Shown here: piece after piece, positions 56,101 to 64,000 of the stretch
How positions within the stretch are numbered: the stretch's first letter is position 1
Layout of the letters: every line of letters starts with the position of its first letter
From: the human T2T-CHM13v2.0 reference genome, Homo sapiens
Assembly (NCBI RefSeq): GCF_009914755.1
Contig: NC_060930.1
Length of the DNA: 64,000 nucleotides
Strand: one strand, 5' to 3'
Notes under the pieces: generated by a model
The model's database searches: none
Told to the model about the DNA's origin: nothing
Seen by the model: only the letters and a program-made list of their open reading frames with translations
Program-made: the position numbers and the translations under genes

Positions 56101-59100
56101 TAATCTATAACACTATAATGAGTAAGAAGTTTTTTTTTTTTTAACTTTCCATAAAGGCCTACAGCTGTGAATTCTTTGATTTCAAAATATGGATTTCAGG
56201 AGCAGCTTCTTTACTGTGAGTTTGGTTTAAATTATATTTACTTAATTAGCTGCTGAATAGACTATTAATGTAAAACTTACTAACTTTAATGTTTTTTCCT
56301 CTTTTATTGTTAATGTAACTAAAATATTTCCTGGTTTAAAAAAGTTTCTTTGTATCAAGTTTTATATATGTACCTATCTGTTACACTCACCAAACGTTTA
56401 ATATTGGTTAGCCCTAGAGGAGTATAATGAAAAAAAAAGTAAGCATTTATAATGAAAATATATGTCTCACACACTCTATTATACATGTACATATAGAGAT
56501 TTAAAATTGTAAGATTAAGAATAGTTTTTACTTTGTTTCTTATGATTTTGTTACATTATCTAATATGAAAGTAAATTGTGTTTCACTAACAATTTTTACC
56601 AAGAGCTGATAGCAATAAAAGTATATTCTTATCATTCAAACAACATATTAACTCGAAAATAATCTTTGTTCATTATGTTGTTTGTGAAGCTCTTGGGAGG
56701 TTTTGAGGGTTTTTTTTAATGCTTTGCTGAAAATTTTTAAAAGCAATGATTTTGTCTTTCAACTCAGATTATCTGTGCAAATGTAAGAACTAAAATGAAA
56801 AATGGAAAAGAAATATCAAGTATTGAACCAAAAATTAATTTTCACTGTATTTTCAGAATATGAACTTTAAAATTTTTGTTTGACGGATTTAAAATTAACC
56901 TGACTTTGTTGGAATCTATATAATTAGGAGTTGGTATAATTTCATTATAATGTAAAGTTCTTCAAATAATAATTGGTAACTTCACAACTTTGTTCAGAAT
57001 TTAGAATGGATTTACATTGTACAGTCATACTAAATTGAGGATCGTGTGTTGTAGTCTGTTGAGAAATCCGGACTTTTTTGATGTATTCTAATTTACTCAG
57101 CATTGCAATTTTAAAATTCATGCACAAACTAATTTTTATTTCCATTACAGACTAATTTTCATTAGCCTTTCTTTTTGCCAATCATCTTTTGAATGTGCTT
57201 GCTGATTCACTTAGAAATAGCTCCCTTCCATCTGCTTTTTCCTTTTTAGAGGATTTTAATTTCTAAAACAAAATGTTTAGTTAAATGTTATGGTTTAAAT
57301 AAAAATATAAATTTGCTATTAATGGCAGCACCTTCCGCTTCGTGGTGGTGGTGATGGTAGTGATATTTAGTTAGTATTTATTATTGAGTCTTTATTATAT
57401 GCCAGCTACTGTTGCAAGCAATTTACTTGAATACAACAATTCTATGAGATGATATTGTTATTATCCCCATTTCACAGATACGGAAATGGAGAAATAAGGA
57501 AAATGACTTGTCTAGTGTTTCATAGCTAGTAGGTGGCAGAGTTGAGGTTTAGACTTAGTCTGACTCCAACATTGATCCTCTTAACCAAGGCATTACACTT
57601 CTCTTATAGGTAGGGCTGAAATGTCTTACTTCAACGTAAACAGCGGAAATGGAATAACTCTTTAAACTGCTTATAGTTGTATTTCACACTACTGATTCTA
57701 TTATAGTCTAGGTGTCTTGATTTTTTTAAATATTAAAAAACGGAACTTGTTAACACTAATAATTGCATATTACCTGTTCTTGAAGTGTTTTATCATCTGT
57801 TTTTAGTAAATTATGAGATAGATAATGGCATGCTGTGTTTTCACCAAAATTACTCAAACTAAAAATTTCAGTGTTAACATTAACTAGCTTGAGTTACAAG
57901 TTCAACACCTTTAGCTAGTTGCCAAAATGCAAAATTTCCCTGAATTTATGTTTTGAATATTCTCATAAATGGCAGGAAAATTTTGTCTAAAATATACTAC
58001 CTTTATTTATGCTATTTCAACTTCAGATTGGTTTTTTAAAGGTTAAGAATAAGTAAATTATGAAATAATAAAGTATTTTACTTTTTAAGATTTATACCTG
58101 GTCTGATTTATTTGTATTCATGTGGGTTTGTTTTAAGCTGTGCTTGAGGAACTTGTTAATAGCGGACGCTTACGAGGCACTGTGGTTGGTGGGAGACAGG
58201 ATAAAGCTGTGTTTGTCCCTGACATCTACTCCAGGACACAGAGTACTTGGGTGGATTCCTTTTTCAGGCAGAATGGCTATCTAGGTAACTTTCTTATTTC
58301 TTTAAAACTAAAATTTATTTTTAACACTAAACTCATTCTTTAAAAGTATTATACTAACCCTAGAGTCCTCCTTTGATCTGTGGGTTATATTAAAAATAAT
58401 AATAAATAAAAATTTAAAAATGGGAACCCTAGAGTTTACATATACTGTCCTCTCTGATCAGAAGATTATAATGGTTCCCTTTGAGTATAAAAGTAATCAC
58501 ACTGCGAGTTTCTGTGGGTCTTGGAACTGAGTTTAGTTCTATAGTTACTGAACAATTATAATGTAAAAAGACTAAAAGCTGGTAGTAATCGCTGCCAATC
58601 TTTCAGTTACATTTATTAAGATGGCACTATAAACTTAAAAGTATTTTTTAATTATAAAAGTAATTATTATATCTTACATTTTGCTAAGTTGCCCAGTTTT
58701 TCAGATATATCATCTTAGAAATATTTTGTTGACTATCAGATTTACAATGTGTGTTTTTATTAGTTAACTAATACTTTGGAAACATTGAAGTTATTCTAAA
58801 TTCTGTGTCTGAAATTCTACTGTCATTTGGATAAATTGGACTGAATTTAGTTATTAAAACAATTAGCATATATATATATAAGATATATATACACACATAT
58901 ATATAGCTTACTTAGTTTGATCAGTTTTATAATCCAAGTCAAACTGCATAACAGATTACTTCCTCAGTAATAAACCTGTAAGTCCTTAGTATATAAATAA
59001 TTTAAACGTATGGTAGAATACTGGGTTTTTCCCTTACGTTTTCTTGACTTCCTGAGTTGTACTTTTCAGTTTCTTCAATTATAATCATGGATTAGAACTT

Positions 59101-62100
59101 TGTTATAACTAGTTTTCTTAAGCATGATTATTTGGGGTGGAGTTAGAGGAGTTAAGAAGGTAGACATCTCTAATAACTTTATTGGCTATAACTTTTAAGT
59201 CTTTATTTTTCACTTTTGTCTTACATGTAATTGACAATTCTAATCCAACTTTGTGATATATTTGTAGAATTTGATGCTTTGTCCAGACTTGGAATCCCAG
59301 ATGCTGTAAGCTACATAAAGAAAAGATATAAGACTACACAACTCTTGTTTTTGAAAGCAGCTTGTGTTGGTCAAGGACTTGTGGATCAAGTGGAAGCATC
59401 AGTAGAAGAAGCCATCAGCTCTGGAACATGGGTTGATATTGCAGTATGTTTTATCTTTTCCTCACTTTTCTTTAAACAGTGACAACTGATATTTTACTAA
59501 TATTTGACCATTTAGAAATTAGGATACATAAAGGTGGTCTTGGCTTTGGAGGCAAATTCTAATCATTGTTATAACAAAAATAATCTTTATGCTTAAAGTC
59601 TTTCGGGTGACCTTCTACATGTGGACAGTCAACATCCAGAATTCTATAAATCTCAAAACAAACAAGCAAACAATATAACACTCCTGTTAATCCTGATAAA
59701 GAATTGATGAGACTTCTCACATCTTTTCCACGCATTCACAGCCGTACTGGCATCAGGCATTGTGTAGCATTTGTTTATTCCTTATCCATTAATCTCTGCT
59801 AATGTATTAACACAAGCTGCCTTGGCACGGATAGTGTTTACTTCAGTGTTCAATGTTGATCTGCCCTTCAGTATGCCAAAAAGATAAGTGTAGATAAAGA
59901 TAAATAAACGAGGCCAATCCATTATTTTCTAGTCGGGCCCAGACCCTCTTTATAAAGCAGAAATTCTCTGTTTTGGATATGAAAGTCCCAAAGATTCCAG
60001 ATTTAACTGTTTTTTTATTCATCTAACAAAACTACCTTCTGTGTGCCAGGCACCGTTCTATTAATACTTGTTGGGGATATGGTAGCCAGACAAGCTTGCT
60101 GTCTTTAGGAGGGACACTTTCATTAGGGAAAGATAGTTAAGGAAAACAGTAAGATAATTTCAGATAGGAGAAAGAGTTATGACAAAATACATTTTGAAGG
60201 TTATCAGGACATCCTGGTGGACTGTTTGTGACTTTGTGAGAAAAACGAACTATGTGTGCCTTGTAGGTTTCAGTGTTGTTTTAAACAATTGGAGATGTCT
60301 GTTAGGCATGCAAGTGGGGAAGGTAGGCAATAGAATATATGATTTCAGAGCTCAGAGTGGTGATGAAACCAGAAATATAATTTGGAGGTTATCGGCATAA
60401 ATATGGTTCCAAAAGCCACTGGACTTAATGAGATCATCTAGAGAGAGCATATATGTATATAGCAAATGGTTTCACTGTATTATATTGCATTTATACTTTA
60501 TTTTTATTTTGTTTGTAATTCTAGCCTCTGCTACCCACTTCTTTATCAGTTGAAGATGCTGCCATATTGCTTCAGCAGGTGATGAGGGCATTCAGCAAAC
60601 AGGCCTCAACTGTAGTCTTTAGCGACACTGTTGTAGTCAGTGAAAAATTTATAAATGACTGTACAGAACTGTTCCGTGAGCTGATGCACCAGAAAGCTGA
60701 AAAGGTATTCCAGATTTCCTTTTATCTGCTAATCTTAATAATATTTTCAATTTAGAATCATCTGATGTCTTTTGAAAAAGGGGATAAGTGAAAGTGAACA
60801 CTTTGTATCATTTATTATTTTCCTTTAATGTATCATTCGTTTTTATTTTGTCTCCCAGATTTATTTTTTCTCTTATTCCCATCAAAACATCTGACTTAAA
60901 AGTTGGGGAACTGACTTTATAAATTAAAATAACGTAAAGGAAATTACACTTTTCAGTTAAGTTTCCTGAGGTTGGTCCAACTTTAAAACCTCAAAATGCA
61001 CAAAAAACAGTATCTGTAGATATGTACAAATATACAGTGTATTTGTCAACCAATACACAATATATTTACTCAATCTAGCAGAGCCTCAATAATTTTTCCT
61101 ATTTGGCATACACAGACAGGGTAAATTACTGAAGAAAGAAATTTTGTTACTATTTATTAGTTCCTCAGAGCAACTGCTATGAAAGTATTTTGAAATAGAG
61201 GTCCTGCCAGGTCTGTGTTAATGACTCTGTAGTTCATGTTTCTAGTTGGCAGCATCATCTCCTTATAAAGCCTGCTCTCAAATAGGTAAAATAGGCCCAT
61301 TTATTTTAAACTGTTAATAAATTCATGAGGGCTTATTAAATATGTAAATAGTTTATACTTAGCTGTTCTCCTTCTAAGCTCTTTAATAGTCTAAAAATGA
61401 GATAAACTTCTGTATTTAGCCTGATAAGCAGCAGAGAAGATTACAAAGTATACATGTTTGATGTCAGCAACCCTGAATTTAAAACGTGTATTATCTGTAT
61501 GACTTTGGACAAATAGACCTCTAGTTTCCTCATCTTTAAAGAAAGGATCATGATACCTACTATGGAAAGAATAAATATAAATAAGGGATATATGTAAAAT
61601 GTTTGTTCCATGTTAACTAGCAGTTAGTAAATGACTCTTACTTTTATTTGGGATTTTTTACTCAAGTAAAAATTTAACATGGTTATCACTTTTCTTCTTT
61701 CCTTGGGCTTCTCCCTCTAACCACAAAAATAAATTTGGAAAAAGGTGATTCTGTCATGTGAACTGTCAATATTTTAAGCATTTTTCTTTAGAAAAACAAA
61801 AAGGAAATAATATTACTTTTATCATAAATATATACTTTTGTCACTAGAGATTATAGGACCTTATGCCATCAGAAAGAACCAGTATCCGAACTTGGAAATA
61901 CTTCATCGTTGTTATCATAAACTTTTTCAAAGCAGAAATTATCAAGAATGAATCCAGAGGGGGGAAAAAAAAGATTATATGACTTAGTATGCAACTCACA
62001 TATGGTAATTTGTGTGGGGTAGGGGATGGAGGGTTCATTATCTTTAATAATCTCAAATATCCAGGTGGCATTGGAATTGGGAGTCTCAAAAAGCGAAGGA

Positions 62101-62550
62101 GCATGGGGCATCAATTAAGCTGTGGTAAAACCAGCCAGTAACAGCTGGAGAGGATTGCATCTGATTGCAGCTGTGTAATCAGTTGTGAAGTGACAAGATA
62201 GGATTTCTCATTAGTTAATAATGGGTACAAAAAAGGTCAAGAGCAGCAAGAGAAGAGACCTATTTTGGGCAAGGAGAAACATTTGCCTTAGAGTGACAGC
62301 TCTGAAACAAAGCTCTATAGTTCTAAGCAACAAAACCAAACAAGAATAATTAGTGAGTATATAAACAACTTTTATGCTTTTGGAAATGCTATGTGTTTTT
62401 CCTACCAAAAAAAGCATGTTTTATTTTAGGAAATGAAAAATAATCCTGTGCATTTAATCACTGAAGAAGATCTGAAACAAATCTCCACTTTAGAAAGCGT
62501 TAGTACAAGTAAAAAGGATAAAAAAGATGAGCGAAGAAGGAAAGCAACAG
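43770..62550 (+). CDS. UFL1: UFL1 (E3 UFM1-protein ligase 1), spliced CDS, exons 1-11 (3'-incomplete; continues beyond window)
   Basis: Eleven GT-AG-bounded exons join in one frame (77+146+29+98+115+131+59+147+176+180+121 = 1279 nt), giving [39 protein letters not shown]...[13 protein letters not shown], which I recognise as the human UFL1 N-terminal 426 aa. ATG in strong Kozak context (gtgATGG) within a CpG island. Confidence 0.98.
45042..45187 (+). CDS. UFL1: UFL1 exon 2 ([13 protein letters not shown]...DELHVRG)
   Basis: Acceptor ttttctttccctcag|G; donor GTG|gtaggt; 146 nt, frame continuous with exons 1 and 3. Confidence 0.95.
46278..46306 (+). CDS. UFL1: UFL1 exon 3, 29-nt microexon ([10 protein letters not shown])
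   Basis: Acceptor tcttttcttcaaag|GT; donor CAG|gtaggt; needed to keep the frame. Confidence 0.95.
46441..46524. repeat. 28-bp tandem repeat x3 in UFL1 intron 3
   Basis: gatacactgaattgatttaataagttct / gatacattaaaatgatttaataaattcg / gatttattgaaatgatttaataagttgg. Confidence 0.85.
46964..47097 (-). mobile_element. FLAM-type Alu monomer (intron 3)
   Basis: Poly-T plus left monomer; TSD GCAATTTCTTT at 46953 and 47099. Confidence 0.87.
47193..47290 (+). CDS. UFL1: UFL1 exon 4 ([14 protein letters not shown]...GQLID-E)
   Basis: Acceptor tttgttttccag|GTA; donor GA|gtaagt; 98 nt. Confidence 0.95.
47456..47595 (+). mobile_element. FLAM/FAM-type Alu monomer (intron 4)
   Basis: ggtggcatgtacctgtaatcccagctactc...gagaccagcc...poly-A. 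Confidence 0.82.
47764..48010 (+). mobile_element. AluJ, left arm partly deleted (intron 4)
   Basis: Right arm ggaggattgcttgatcccaggaggtcaaggcc...gcctgggtgacagagtgagacc plus poly-A. Confidence 0.85.
48217..48331 (+). CDS. UFL1: UFL1 exon 5 ([14 protein letters not shown]...PGNFLTQ)
   Basis: Acceptor ttttcactattag|G; donor CAG|gtattt; 115 nt. Confidence 0.95.
48738..48857. mobile_element. MER20 fragment
   Basis: tactggc...ggtcaaggatgctgctaaacatcctacaatgtacagaaca...tgtcagtagtgcc. Confidence 0.75.
49065..49260 (+). mobile_element. MIR
   Basis: gaccttgatttgaatactgtctgcaccacttatttgac...tctgtaaaacagg. Confidence 0.65.
50398..50528 (+). CDS. UFL1: UFL1 exon 6 ([12 protein letters not shown]...LFSAIT-R)
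   Basis: Acceptor ctttacccacag|GCA; donor CG|gtaagt; 131 nt. Confidence 0.95.
51775..53450 (-). mobile_element. L1MC-type 3' fragments, split by MER1B
   Basis: ttttctgaacaatttgagaggaggttgctgacatgatgc...aaggatccaattcaggatcacagattgcatttaattg...ttcatgaccttgacacttttgaaga; boundaries approximate. Confidence 0.7.
52789..53123. mobile_element. MER1B (hAT-Charlie)
   Basis: ggcctgttaggaacc...gcattagattctcataggagcgtgaaccctattgtgaactg...aaaaaggatggggaccgttg; TSD AGCTAGCA/AACTAGGA. Confidence 0.9.
54292..54736 (+). mobile_element. MSTB-type MaLR solo LTR (intron 6, sense)
   Basis: TGCTATGGTTTGGATG start; gagccaaataaacc...ttacccagcc...tgttatagcaacactaaactgactaa end. Confidence 0.85.
55135..55650 (+). 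mobile_element. L1MB/L1ME-type 3' end (intron 6, sense)
   Basis: ccaaagaaatgaaaaca...aaacaaaatgtggtatattcata...cattgaattgtacacttaaa...caataaa. Confidence 0.8.
56157..56215 (+). CDS. UFL1: UFL1 exon 7 ([20 protein letters not shown])
   Basis: Acceptor (T)n aactttccataaag|G; donor T|gtgagt; 59 nt. Confidence 0.94.
57365..57595 (-). mobile_element. MIR
   Basis: ttattatccccatttcacagatacggaaatggag...catagctagtaggtggcagag. Confidence 0.75.
58138..58284 (+). CDS. UFL1: UFL1 exon 8 ([13 protein letters not shown]...FRQNGYL-E)
   Basis: Acceptor gtttgttttaag|CT; donor TAG|gtaact; 147 nt; matches ORF-track peptide 58140-58343. Confidence 0.96.
   Translation: MCLRNLLIADAYEALWLVGDRIKLCLSLTSTPGHRVLGWIPFSGRMAI
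59268..59443 (+). CDS. UFL1: UFL1 exon 9 ([13 protein letters not shown]...GTWVDIA)
   Basis: Acceptor atatttgtag|AA; donor GCA|gtatgt; 176 nt. Confidence 0.96.
60015..60450 (-). mobile_element. L2 fragments
   Basis: attcatctaacaaaactaccttctgtgtgccaggcaccgttcta...taatgagatcatctagagagag. Confidence 0.65.
60525..60704 (+). CDS. UFL1: UFL1 exon 10 ([13 protein letters not shown]...MHQKAEK)
   Basis: Acceptor tttgtaattctag|CCT; donor AAG|gtattc; 180 nt. Confidence 0.96.
62430..62550 (+). CDS. UFL1: UFL1 exon 11 ([15 protein letters not shown]...ERRRKAT)
   Basis: Acceptor gttttattttag|GAA; donor CAG|gtaata; 121 nt. Confidence 0.96.
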
Positions 62551-62774
62551 GTAATAAATTGTTAACAAGGAATATTCAAAGTTTTGTATTTGTTGCAGTG
62601 AACTTTGCATTTATCACATTTATTATGCCCTTTGAAAGGCCCTTTGTTTTATTGATTTACCTTTAAACAGCTAATATCAACCAAATATTTTGCTAATGTG
62701 TTAAGTTTTATATATTAAAATGGAAATATTGGTGATTATGTTTTCTGTTTTCTTTTGTGAAAACTTTATTTTAT

Positions 62775-63205
62775 CATCATGCTCATCTCTTGTTTTTCCC
62801 CATCCTCTGTCTATGTTCCAGCCCAGTAGCCCTTTTTTGTTTTGTTTTGTTTTGTTTTGATTCCTAAACTTGCCAGGGTCATATTCACCTCAAAGCTTTT
62901 ACACCAACTGTTCCTTTTACCTGGAATGCCCTCTCCCAGACTGTAAGTAACTGGTGTATTCTTTTCATTCAGAGCTCGACTTTAAATGCCACTTCCTTAG
63001 AGAGGCCTCCTAACCCTTCGGAATAGTAGCCACAGTCACTCTCTGCCACCTCATTTTGTCAGTTTATTTGCATCACTTTATCACCATGATGTGTTTTATT
63101 GTTTGGGAACTGTGTTGATCTCATTTATTGTTGTACTCTTGCTACATACCCAAAGCACCACTTGATATATTTTAGGTGTCCTATAAACATACTAATTAAA
63201 TGAAA
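62775..63205 (+). mobile_element. L2 3' fragment
   Basis: cacctcaaagcttttacaccaactgttccttttacctggaatgccctctcccaga...aaatgccacttccttagagaggcctcc. Confidence 0.7.
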
Positions 63206-64000
63206 AAATTTCTGAAGGACATATTTTTACATTTCTTTTTCTAATCTAAAGTCACTAGAAATTATTCTAGGTATCACTGATATGCTTGTAATTTGCAATG
63301 GAAAAGTAACATGTATTTCCATAGTTTTTATAGTAGGAACAGTGCTGTTAGTGCTTTGTCGGAACTGAAGAAATTCAATATTCAACATTTTTCATTAATA
63401 AATACACTTCTAATTCTTTGAGATAGTTTATTTCCTCTTCCAGAATCTTTTTCTTAAAACTTTTCAATGGCATTATGAAATTTCTCTATTCTTCCAGGAA
63501 AATTAATAAATTATACTTAAATCACAGTAATATTCATAGCTATGGATATTTTATCATATATTTGAAGATATAGTTATAAATTTGCCTTACTCAATTGATG
63601 ACTTATGTCAGTATAACTAGTCTATTTAATATTTTATTTCTTATTAAAAGTTAAGGGTCATTTGGTGTTTTATTTTCAGTGATAATGCTATTGTATTATA
63701 ATTGTTTAATTACAGTGTGTGGAATCATGTCAATCATGAATGTTCCCCCCCATAGGAAACTTATTGTCAAATATAAAAAGCATGTTCACTTTAGACTTAT
63801 ATTTTTGAAAATAGAATTTTTTTATTATAAAAGAAAGGGAAAAATAATAGAAGTTTAAATCTAGGATGTGATGAAATCTAAGGCAAATCTATTTAGAATT
63901 TAGAAAAAGATCTTTAGTAATCACTTTATTTTATTAAAAAGACTAATCTTTTACTTATTTTGAAGTAATATAATATAGTTGTAATATGTTCAATGGTTTA

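Noticed and set aside
49805-59757. 12-bp inverted match CCTGATGCCAGT (about 49805) / ACTGGCATCAGG (about 59746) as a long-range RNA duplex
   Set aside because: Several 12-mer inverted matches are expected by chance in about 20 kb; no convincing extension.
59700-59810. Possible intronic C/D snoRNA (TGATGA at about 59705)
   Set aside because: No correctly spaced CTGA D box or terminal stem.
43847-62429. U12-type (minor) introns
   Set aside because: No donor matches GTATCCTT/ATATCCTT; all ten complete introns look U2-type.

Overview
Primate (very probably human) genomic DNA. The right third holds the CpG-island promoter and the first 11 coding exons of UFL1 (E3 UFM1-protein ligase 1; KIAA0776/RCAD/NLBP) on the + strand. 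The ATG is at 43770 and I traced all 11 exons by hand through GT-AG junctions. They give 1279 nt of continuous frame (codons 1-426 plus one base), and the gene continues past the window end. The left 43 kb is almost all interspersed repeat: three large minus-strand L1s (an L1PA7/8-type 5'UTR, a 5'-truncated L1PB, a full-length L1PA6-type with TSD), a full-length Tigger1, a complete two-LTR MSTA MaLR element, solo LTRs (MLT1, MLT2, LTR47-like, MER41B, MER4A1), Alus, MIR/L2/L3 and hAT MITEs. Nearly all ORFs in the supplied track are repeat fragments or noise. I see no CRISPR array, tRNA/rRNA or prokaryote-type system, and I cannot claim a new biological system. The best leads are regulatory. (i) A MER41B LTR 1.3-1.9 kb upstream of UFL1 has a rewired STAT1 GAS pair. 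(ii) Splicing features cluster around exons 2-5: a tandem donor, a 29-nt microexon, a recursive-splicing-type exon 4 and inverted Alu monomers. (iii) An old L1 5'UTR carries a 173-codon ORF0-like antisense ORF. (iv) There is an XBP1/UPRE-like motif next to the start codon. (v) A three-hairpin cluster sits in apparently unique DNA at about 35.6-35.8 kb. Repeat subfamily names come from recalled consensus sequences and need RepeatMasker/Dfam confirmation.
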